The position numbers and the translations under genes are program-made. From Candidatus Udaeobacter sp. (GTDB lineage: Bacteria; Verrucomicrobiota; Verrucomicrobiia; Chthoniobacterales; UBA10450), in assembly GCA_044867565.1 (NCBI GenBank), contig JBIOVE010000151.1, forward strand, positions 1 to 31,504: DNA of 31,504 nt. The letters are read 5' to 3'. Shown here in pieces: positions 17,715 through 25,148 of the stretch. Position 1 is the stretch's first letter. The number at the start of each line of letters is the position of its first letter. A model generated the notes under the pieces. That model did no database searches. It saw only the letters and a program-made list of their open reading frames with translations, and was not told where the DNA came from.

Positions 17715-18530
17715 TTACAAATCGGCGCTAGCGAGTAGGCGCGCGGTGAGCTCGCGCAGAAAGTGCTCGACTTCCGCCGGGTTCTTGAGGGCGAAGCACG
17801 CAGCGGTCTTTCGCGGCTGCTCACTCACGACGACGCCGATGCCGCGTCGCACGAGCACGCGGAAAGCATCTTCGTCGGTGCGATCATCACCAATGTAGAG
17901 TGGAAGCACTTCCGGTTGTTCCAAACCCAGCGTCTCCAGCACCCAGATCACGGCTCTGCCCTTGTTCCAATCGATGTCCGGCTGGAGCTCGCAAACCTTC
18001 TTGCCGGTTATCTTGCGCAGTTTGCGGTAGCGCAAAGCCGCTTCATTCACAGCTCGCATGACATTGATGGCGCCGCTCTCACTTGCCTGGCGATAATGCG
18101 CGGCGATGGAAAAGCGTTTCCGCTCCAGCAGTGTCCCGTTGATGCCGGCAAGCTTTTCGCCAAGCTCCTTTTCCGCAGCGTCGAGAAGGGGCAGAAACTC
18201 CATGGCGATTTGTTTCCGCAGCCCGCCTGGTCCGGCGATATCAAAGCCGTGACTGCCGGCGTAAACCATCCCCTCGATATCCACGCGACGGCGAACGTCA
18301 TCGAGGTCGCGGCCGCTGAGGATTGCGACGGGAACACAGGCCGCAAGGGTCTGCACCGCCTGCCGCATCGAATCGGAGAGCAACGCCTGGTCCGGTTGGC
18401 TCACGATCGGCGTGAGCGTGCCGTCGTAGTCGAGGAAGACGGCAAGCCGCCGGCCATGCCTGGATACGATATCGTGGACGCGATCCAGCGCGGATGGAAT
18501 TCTGCCGGGCAAGTCCTGGTCGGGCGTCAT
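17715..18530 (-). CDS. otsB: Trehalose-6-phosphate phosphatase (HAD family)
   Basis: FLDYDGTLTPI, ILSGRD, YAGSHG, WNKGRAV, YIGDDRTDEDAF. Confidence 0.93.
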   Translation of the reverse strand: MTPDQDLPGRIPSALDRVHDIVSRHGRRLAVFLDYDGTLTPIVSQPDQALLSDSMRQAVQTLAACVPVAILSGRDLDDVRRRVDIEGMVYAGSHGFDIAGPGGLRKQIAMEFLPLLDAAEKELGEKLAGINGTLLERKRFSIAAHYRQASESGAINVMRAVNEAALRYRKLRKITGKKVCELQPDIDWNKGRAVIWVLETLGLEQPEVLPLYIGDDRTDEDAFRVLVRRGIGVVVSEQPRKTAACFALKNPAEVEHFLRELTARLLASADL

Positions 18531-18557
18531 ATTTATGCGACGAAGTTAAGACATCAA

Positions 18558-18689
18558 TGACTGGTGAATAGTAAAACAACTGGCGACACATCCCATTCAC
18601 TTATCACCAGTGACCATTCACAAATCCTTTGCAACGATTTACCATTTAACGATTGAGTAGGGGATGCGCGCTCTGGAGCGCATGCATAC
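18558..18689. repeat. 7-nt periodic inverted element (GTGAATA/GTGAATG type) plus a GTAG-tagged hairpin
   Basis: TGACTGGTGAATAGTAA (18558-18574) is inverted against ATTCACTTATCACCAGTGACCATTCAC (18595-18621). GTAGGGGATGCGCGCTCTGGAGCGCATGCATAC lies at 18657-18689. Confidence 0.6.
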
Positions 18690-18745
18690 AGCGATGCGAT
18701 TCATCTTGTGAGAGCGACTGCCCCTTTGCCAGACTTGGGTGCCTC

Positions 18746-20218
18746 ATGAACCGTCTCGTTCTCGTTTCCAATCGGCTTCCATTCGCCCTCGAGCCGGGCG
18801 AAGATGGACACTGGATCGCCACGCCTTCCGTCGGCGGGCTCGTGAGTGCCCTCGGGCCAGTGCTGCGCGGGCGCGGCGGCACGTGGATCGGTTGGCCCGG
18901 GGTCGCCGGCGAGATCCCGGATGCGCCGTTCGCCGAAGCGACGCGTGACGCGGGCTACAAGGTCGTGCCAGTGGCGCTGAGCGATGCAGAACGCGACGAG
19001 TTTTACTACGGCTATTCCAACGAAGTCATCTGGCCGTTGTTTCACGACCTGCAAAGCTTCTGCCACTTCGAGCCGACGTTTTGGGAGACTTACAAGGCGG
19101 TGAACGAGCGGTACGCCGAGGCCATCGCGCGACGTTGCCAACCTGGCGACTTCATCTGGGTGCACGATTACCATTTGATGTATGTCGCTCAAGCGCTGCG
19201 CGAGCGCGGCAAGCCCCGAAATCTTTCGGGATTGGCTTTCTTCCTCCATGTCCCCTTCCCACCATACGACATTTTCGCCAAGCTCCCACAACAGCAGCGG
19301 CTGCTACGCGCTCTGCTCCAATTCGATCTGCTCGGTTTCCAGACGCGGCGCGACCTGCGCAATTTCCTGCAATGCGTGCGGCGAGTGGTATCCGACGCAG
19401 AGATGCTTCCCAACTCTGGGCTCCAACGTATCCACTGCGGCGGGCGCGAGATCCGCGCCGGCAGTTTTCCGATCGGCGTCGACTTCGAGTTGTTTGAAAA
19501 AGGTGCAGCGTCCGAGGAAGTCGCGCAGCGGGTCCGCAAGTTGCGTGCCGCTTTTCCCGGCTGCCAACTTATGCTGGGGGTCGACCGGCTCGACTACAGC
19601 AAAGGAATTCCCGAGCGCTTGCGCGCGTTCCGCGATGCGCTGGAACGGTACGAGGAACTGCGAGGCCGCGTAGTCCTGATCCAGAACGTTGTCCCGAGCC
19701 GGGAGGAGATTCCAAGGTATCACGAGTTTAAGGACCGTATCGATCGATTGGTCGGCGACATCAATGGTCGCTTCTCTACCGACACCTGGCTGCCGGTGCA
19801 TTATCGCTTTCGCAGCCTTGATCGCGACGATTTGCTGGCCCACTACCGGGCGTGCGAAATAGCGCTGGTCACTCCGCTCAAGGACGGCATGAACCTCGTG
19901 GCCAAGGAATACTGCGCTTGCTGCGTCGACAAAAACGACGGAGTGCTGATTCTCAGCCAATTCGCCGGCGCGGCGGAGCAACTCAAGCGCGGCGCGCTGC
20001 TGGTCAATCCCTATGACGTCGAGCAGATGGCCGACGCGATCTTGAAAGCATTCCGCATGAGCGCGGCCGAGCGCCGCGCGCGCATGAGGCGCCTGAGACG
20101 TGTCGTGCGCAACGAGAACGTGTTCTGGTGGGTGGATTCGTTCCTCGCCGCCGGATCGCAACTCCCGGCCCGGTCCGCGCGAGCCGCCAGCCGGCGCCGC
20201 GCCAGGCATACGCGCTAA
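18746..20218 (+). CDS. otsA: Trehalose-6-phosphate synthase (GT20)
   Basis: VLVSNRLP, GGLVSAL, YYGYSNEVIWPLFH, WVHDYHL, GVDRLDYSKG, DGMNLVAKEY; start placed at ATG 18746. Confidence 0.93.
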   Translation: MNRLVLVSNRLPFALEPGEDGHWIATPSVGGLVSALGPVLRGRGGTWIGWPGVAGEIPDAPFAEATRDAGYKVVPVALSDAERDEFYYGYSNEVIWPLFHDLQSFCHFEPTFWETYKAVNERYAEAIARRCQPGDFIWVHDYHLMYVAQALRERGKPRNLSGLAFFLHVPFPPYDIFAKLPQQQRLLRALLQFDLLGFQTRRDLRNFLQCVRRVVSDAEMLPNSGLQRIHCGGREIRAGSFPIGVDFELFEKGAASEEVAQRVRKLRAAFPGCQLMLGVDRLDYSKGIPERLRAFRDALERYEELRGRVVLIQNVVPSREEIPRYHEFKDRIDRLVGDINGRFSTDTWLPVHYRFRSLDRDDLLAHYRACEIALVTPLKDGMNLVAKEYCACCVDKNDGVLILSQFAGAAEQLKRGALLVNPYDVEQMADAILKAFRMSAAERRARMRRLRRVVRNENVFWWVDSFLAAGSQLPARSARAASRRRARHTR

Positions 20219-20367
20219 GATGCGCGAGTTCGGAAACTGCTCAGGCCAGCGACCAGTGATGCCAATCGATCTATGGCACATCAAATTAGAACCACGACGC
20301 TTTAGAATCGTCCACTAAGGCTGTTGGAAACGATCTTTTATTAAAACGCGGATCGATTCCATGAAAT

Positions 20368-20432
20368 CGGGAAGCTGACCCGGCGTCGGTCGCCGCGGCG
20401 ACCTACGGCGCGGCACGCAGCTTCCCGCTACA
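20368..20432. repeat. Nested REP element upstream of rtcB
   Basis: Outer inverted repeat CGGGAAGCTG/CAGCTTCCCG(CTACA); inner perfect 16-bp palindrome GGTCGCCGCGGCGACC; both carry a GTAG tag on the minus strand. Confidence 0.8.
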
Positions 20433-20449
20433 GGAAAACTGCGATTCAC

Positions 20450-21910
20450 ATGGGCATTATCGACAAAGTGCGAAAAGTTTCGGACACGGTCTGGGAATTA
20501 CCGGTGACTTACAAGGATGGCATGCGCGTGCCGGCGCGGATCATCGCGACCGAGAAGCTGCTACGCGAAATGGACGAGGCGGTCTGCGATCAGGTCACGA
20601 ACGTCGCGACATTGCCAGGAATCACGAATTACGCGCTCTGCATGCCGGACGGGCATTTCGGCTACGGCTTCCCAATCGGCGGCGTTGCGGGAATGGACGT
20701 GCATGAGGGCGGCGTCATCTCGCCCGGTGGAATCGGCTTTGACATCAATTGCGGCATGCGCCTCGTCACCACGAATCTCACGCTCGACAACGTGCGGCCG
20801 CGCTTGCGGCAAATTATCGATCGCCTTTTCGAGCGCGTACCGGCGGGCGTCGGCAGCCACGGTTTCTTGAAAATCTCGCGAGACGAGTTTCGCGAAGTCG
20901 TCGAACAAGGCGCGCGATGGTGCGTGCGGAACGACTATGGCTGGGAAGAGGACCTTGAGCTTACCGAGGAAAACGGATGTATCGAAGGCGCGGACGCGTC
21001 GAAAATTAGCGAGCGCGCGATTGATCGCGGCTACAATCAGATCGGCACGCTTGGATCGGGCAATCATTACCTCGAAGTGCAAGTCGCGCGGCCTGAAGAC
21101 ATCCGCGATGAATCACTCGCGAAACGGCTCGGGATCACGATTCCCAACCAAGTCGTTGTGATGTTTCATTGCGGCAGCCGCGGCTTCGGGCACCAAGTCG
21201 CCACCGATTATCTCCAAGTGTTTTTGAAAGTGATGGAAAGCAAATACCGCATTAAAGTTCTCGACCGCGAACTGGCGTGCGCGCCGTTCGATTCGCCGGA
21301 GGGTCGCGATTACTTCACGGCAATGAAGTGCGGACTGAACATGTCATTTGCGAACCGGCAGGTGATCCTGCACCGCATCCGCGAAGTTTTTTCCGAAATC
21401 TTCGAGTGCAATGCTGAAGACCTCGGGATGCGAATGATCTACGACGTCGCGCACAATACCGCAAAGCTGGAAAAACACACTGTCGATGGAAAAGAACGCA
21501 CGTTGCTAGTGCATCGCAAAGGAGCGACGCGCGCGTTTGGGCCGGGCCGCGAGGAAGTGGCCGCGCGCTACCGCGACATCGGCCAACCTGTGATTATCGG
21601 TGGTTCGATGGAGACCGGCTCGTATCTTCTCGTCGGCACATCATCCGGCGCAGAAACATTTTTTAGCACCGCGCACGGCAGTGGCCGCACGATGAGCCGC
21701 ACCAAAGCGCGCAAACAATGGCATGGCAAACAGCTCCAGCGCGATTTGGAAGCGCGTGGCATCTACATCCGCAGCACTTCCTGGAAGGGCCTCGCCGAGG
21801 AAGCCGGCGCTGCTTACAAAGACATTGACGAAGTGATCGCTGCGACAGAGCTGGCGGGAATCAGCAAGCCGGTCGCGCGATTCACGCCGATTGGAAATGT
21901 AAAAGGATGA
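20450..21910 (+). CDS. rtcB: RNA-splicing/repair ligase RtcB (archaeal/eukaryote-like long form)
   Basis: MPDGHFGYGFPIGGV, GFDINCG, GSGNHYLE, FHCGSRG, DVAHN, HRKGATRA, guanylylated His in STAHGSGR, AEEAGAAYKD. Confidence 0.97.
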   Translation: MGIIDKVRKVSDTVWELPVTYKDGMRVPARIIATEKLLREMDEAVCDQVTNVATLPGITNYALCMPDGHFGYGFPIGGVAGMDVHEGGVISPGGIGFDINCGMRLVTTNLTLDNVRPRLRQIIDRLFERVPAGVGSHGFLKISRDEFREVVEQGARWCVRNDYGWEEDLELTEENGCIEGADASKISERAIDRGYNQIGTLGSGNHYLEVQVARPEDIRDESLAKRLGITIPNQVVVMFHCGSRGFGHQVATDYLQVFLKVMESKYRIKVLDRELACAPFDSPEGRDYFTAMKCGLNMSFANRQVILHRIREVFSEIFECNAEDLGMRMIYDVAHNTAKLEKHTVDGKERTLLVHRKGATRAFGPGREEVAARYRDIGQPVIIGGSMETGSYLLVGTSSGAETFFSTAHGSGRTMSRTKARKQWHGKQLQRDLEARGIYIRSTSWKGLAEEAGAAYKDIDEVIAATELAGISKPVARFTPIGNVKG

Positions 21911-21915
21911 CGCAG

Positions 21916-21964
21916 ATTAGTGATCGGTGATCAGTCTCTGCCCGTTCACGGATCACCGAGCACG
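21916..21964. repeat. 7-nt periodic inverted element (GTGATCG type)
   Basis: GTGATCGGTGATCAGT (21920-21935) vs rc of the right arm GTGCTCGGTGATCCGT, 14/16. Confidence 0.7.
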
Positions 21965-21971
21965 TTTAGCT

Positions 21972-22868
21972 ATGATCCCGCGTACTCCCATCACTCTCGT
22001 CACCGGCCCGCTCGGCAGCGGCAAGACCACGCTGCTCCGGCACATCCTCGCGACACGCCCGGCGAAGATCGCAATCGTGATGAACGAATTCGGCGAGATC
22101 GCGATCGACACGAAAGTGGTAGAAGGAAAAAACGTGCGCATCGCGGAGCTCGGCGGCGGTTGCGTTTGCTGCTCGTTGCTCGGCGAATTCGAGGCAGCGA
22201 TTAACGAGATCATTGAGCGCATCCAGCCCGACGTCATCATCGTCGAGACGACCGGCCTCGCCGAACCCGAAGCGCTGGTGTTCAATATTCAGGAGGCGCT
22301 GCCGCAATGCCGGCTCGACGGCGTTGTTTCGGTGATCGACGCCGACATGCTCGTTCGATTCCCCGAGCTTGGCCACACCACTCGGCTGCAAATCGAGGGC
22401 GCAGACATTTTGCTTTTGAACAAAATCGATCTCATTGAGCCGCAGCAGACCGAGGCGCTCGAAGCAAAACTGCGCGAAATCAATCCTACAGCTACGATTG
22501 TCCACACCGAACGCTGTCAGATCGACCCTGAGTTGCTGTTCGGGATCGGGCGCGAGAAAAAAGTCGCCCCGCCCGAGCACAAGCATCAACCGGAGTTCGA
22601 ATCATTTACATTCACGTCCGCCAAAAGTTTTTCTCGCGATTGCTTCGAACGCTTCGCGAACAGGTTGCCCGCAAGCGTGCATCGCGCGAAGGGCTTCATG
22701 TCCTTCGAGGACGGCACTCAGCTTTTCAATTTCGTCGCGGGACGCTGGGAACTGGAGCCGTTCGAGTCCGATGAGACCGCGCTCATTTTTATCGGCAAGA
22801 ACGTTCTTTCCGAAAAGGAGGCGATCCTCCGCGCGCTCGATGAATGCACGCGGAAGGCAGGCAAATGA
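21972..22868 (+). CDS. COG0523/CobW-family G3E GTPase (putative metallochaperone)
   Basis: Walker A GPLGSGKTT, MNEFGEIAID, metal-binding GCVCCS, ETTGLAEP, NKID, CobW_C-like C-terminus; no long His-rich tract. Confidence 0.93.
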   Translation: MIPRTPITLVTGPLGSGKTTLLRHILATRPAKIAIVMNEFGEIAIDTKVVEGKNVRIAELGGGCVCCSLLGEFEAAINEIIERIQPDVIIVETTGLAEPEALVFNIQEALPQCRLDGVVSVIDADMLVRFPELGHTTRLQIEGADILLLNKIDLIEPQQTEALEAKLREINPTATIVHTERCQIDPELLFGIGREKKVAPPEHKHQPEFESFTFTSAKSFSRDCFERFANRLPASVHRAKGFMSFEDGTQLFNFVAGRWELEPFESDETALIFIGKNVLSEKEAILRALDECTRKAGK

Positions 22869-22954
22869 CGAAGGACCGCTCACCGAGCTTCGCGCCATTT
22901 CGAGCTTCATCATTCGGGTTTCCTTCGTTATTCGTCATTTGGATTTAGTCATTT
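22863..22954. repeat. 7-nt periodic inverted element (AAATGAC type)
   Basis: Left arm AAATGACGAAGG contains the cobW TGA; right arm rc AAATGAC TAAATCC AAATGAC GAA; same family as 16441. Confidence 0.8.
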
Positions 22955-22963
22955 CCACATCAC

Positions 22964-23395
22964 ATGCCCTATCACTACCTCGAAGAAATCGGAACCGCTG
23001 ACATCGCTTTCGAAGCGAGCGGTCGCGATCTGCCGGAATTGTTCACAGCCGCCGCCGACGCAACGATGAATGTGATGATCGAAAATCTCGATGCGATCGA
23101 GCCACGCGAGACGCGGCAGATTGAGCTTGAGAACGACAAGATCGACATGCTGCTGTTCGATTTTTTGCAGGAGCTCATCTTCTTCAAAGACGCACAGCAG
23201 CTTTTGCTGCGCGTACGCGAAGCGAAGGTCGATGAGAAAGACGGACTGTATTTTTTGAAGACGACAGCCGCGGGGGAGAAGTTGGATGCCGAGCGTCACC
23301 AGCAGCGTGCCGACGTGAAAGCGGTCACGCTCCATGGTTTCCGCGTCGAGAAAAACGACGGCGGATGGAAAGCAAGCGTGCTTCTGGATATTTGA
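22964..23395 (+). CDS. Archease (RtcB activator)
   Basis: YHYLEEIGTADIAFEA, LLFDFLQELIF, DVKAVTLHGF, C-terminal VLLDI. Confidence 0.93.
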   Translation: MPYHYLEEIGTADIAFEASGRDLPELFTAAADATMNVMIENLDAIEPRETRQIELENDKIDMLLFDFLQELIFFKDAQQLLLRVREAKVDEKDGLYFLKTTAAGEKLDAERHQQRADVKAVTLHGFRVEKNDGGWKASVLLDI

Positions 23396-23402
23396 CGCTT
23401 TC

Positions 23403-23539
23403 CAAGGAGGGCGCTTTCTCAAGCGGACTCGGCGGCTCAGAAACCGGCATTCCTTGTCCGATGCTGTAGTGCGCGCTGTCCCCAGCGCACCGGGGCTGCA
23501 GCGGGAATGGGAAATCCGCTGAGGACAGCGGACACTACA
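23403..23539. repeat. Mosaic of two REP doublets (BIME-like)
   Basis: CAAGGA...TCCTTG doublet at 23403-23456. TGTAGTGCGCGCTGTCCCCAGCGCA (23465-23489) vs rc of 23515-23539 TGTAGTGTCCGCTGTCCTCAGCGGA, 21/25. Confidence 0.82.
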
Positions 23540-23556
23540 GCACTTGTTTGGAAGGC

Positions 23557-24999
23557 CTATTTTGGTTCTAGCGCAACGTAGCCGCTGCGGCCCTGGCTAT
23601 AAACGCGCATCAGGATTTTTTCGTTCGGCTTCAATTTTTTGCTGAGCGCGACCAGGTCTTTCGCATTTTTAACAGACTCTTTATTGATTTCCTGTATCAC
23701 GTCGCCCGCGCGCAGGCCGGCCTGCGCGGCAGGCGATGCAGAGTCGAGCTCAACGATAACCGCACCCTGAATTTCCTTTGGAAAATTCAGCGCGCTGCGC
23801 ACGTCGTCTGTGATGTCCGCGATCACGACGCCGCCAAAAACCGTCGATTTTTCAGGCTCGGCCTCTTGCTCGGGTGAGGCTTCGGGCGCTGCTGTCGTCT
23901 CGCTCGCAGGCATTTCGGCCAGTTCGACGTCGAACGTTTTCTTCTGGCTCTCGCGGTTGGCCCCGATTTGCACCTTCGTGCCTGGCGACATCGAGCCGAT
24001 CATCAAACGGAGCTCGCGCGCGTCGCCGATTTTCTTTCCATTAACGGATGTAATAACGTCGCCGCTTTTGATCCCCGCTTTCTCCGCGGGACTTTTCGGG
24101 CTGACTTCACCGACCAGTGCACCGGTCAGTTCCTTGAGCTTGAACGCGTCGGCCAGTTCCGGCGTGAGCGTTTGCACTGATGTCCCGATGTAACCGCGCA
24201 CGACACGGCCTTTTTCGCGCAAGCTGTGCATGACATCGCGTGCGAGATTCGCGGGAATAGCGAAGCCAATGCCCTGGTTTCCACCGCTGCGGGTGAAAAT
24301 CGCCGTATTGATGCCGAGGAGTCGGCCTTCCGTGTCGACAAGCGCGCCGCCGGAGTTGCCCATGTTGATGGCGGCATCGGTCTGGATGAAATTTTCGTAA
24401 TCGACAATGCCCATACCGCCACGGCCAACGGCGCTGATGATTCCCATCGTGACCGTTTGCCGCAGGCCAAAGGGATTGCCGAGCGCAAGCACGACGTCGC
24501 CGGCACGCGCTTTTTCGCTATCGGCGAATGCGATCGTCGGCAGATTTTTCTCGTCGATCTTCAACAACGCGACATCGGTGCCCGGATCGGTCCCGACTTT
24601 CTTCGCCTTGTATTTACGGAGGTCGGCGCCAAGCCCCACCATGATTTCATCTGCTTTCGCAACGACGTGATTGGCCGTCAAAATGTATCCATCGGCGCTG
24701 ACGATGACGCCTGAGCCAAGTCCTTCGAGCGTCTGCTTGCCTTGCTTCTGCGGAAGTTGCCCGCCGAAAAATTCACGTAACGCTTCGTCCGAAAGCGGAA
24801 ACGGCAAAGCGGTTTTCGACACGCTTTGAGTCGTAAACACTGTTACAACGGTCGGCGTGACTTTCTCGACGATGGGCGCGAAAGTCGTGGTCGTTCTCTG
24901 CGGAGCGCGCGCAGGTTCCTGCGCCGCAGTCGAACGTTCGCTCGCGTAAATCAATAGTGTTGGCAGCAGTATATGAGATAGAAAATTTCTGCTTCGCAT
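23557..24999 (-). CDS. Do/DegQ (HtrA) family periplasmic serine endopeptidase
   Basis: Signal peptide, GLGSGVIV, TANHVV, TDVALLK, QTDAAINMGNSGGAL, two PDZ domains; start placed at ATG 24999. Confidence 0.95.
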   Translation of the reverse strand: MRSRNFLSHILLPTLLIYASERSTAAQEPARAPQRTTTTFAPIVEKVTPTVVTVFTTQSVSKTALPFPLSDEALREFFGGQLPQKQGKQTLEGLGSGVIVSADGYILTANHVVAKADEIMVGLGADLRKYKAKKVGTDPGTDVALLKIDEKNLPTIAFADSEKARAGDVVLALGNPFGLRQTVTMGIISAVGRGGMGIVDYENFIQTDAAINMGNSGGALVDTEGRLLGINTAIFTRSGGNQGIGFAIPANLARDVMHSLREKGRVVRGYIGTSVQTLTPELADAFKLKELTGALVGEVSPKSPAEKAGIKSGDVITSVNGKKIGDARELRLMIGSMSPGTKVQIGANRESQKKTFDVELAEMPASETTAAPEASPEQEAEPEKSTVFGGVVIADITDDVRSALNFPKEIQGAVIVELDSASPAAQAGLRAGDVIQEINKESVKNAKDLVALSKKLKPNEKILMRVYSQGRSGYVALEPK

Positions 25000-25084
25000 A
25001 ACGCCTTCGTCTCTGAAAAGAAATCGCGTATTCAAGCGCAGTCGGTTCCTTTTTTCAAAATCTGCGGGTTCGCCGCGATCTGAA

Positions 25085-25138
25085 GTGGCGCAACTTTTCA
25101 AGTTGCGATTCCAATTACTTCGCAAGTTAGAAACTTGC
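25085..25138. repeat. 54-bp double-hairpin REP element, copy 2
   Basis: GTGGCGCAACTTTTCAAGTTGCG-spacer-GCAAGTTAGAAACTTGC; arms match the rc of 17660-17713 and the spacer differs. Confidence 0.85.
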
Positions 25139-25148
25139 ATGTCGAACG

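Noticed and set aside
20274-20292. TGGCAC upstream of rtcB as a possible sigma54 promoter (E. coli rtcBA is sigma54-dependent)
   Set aside because: No TTGC/GC at the -12 position (GG-N10-TA).
20219-20449. Search for a Y RNA or tRNA-like RNA near rtcB
   Set aside because: No cloverleaf, T-loop or Y-RNA stem seen and no Ro60/Rsr gene in the window; the structure present is explained by a REP.
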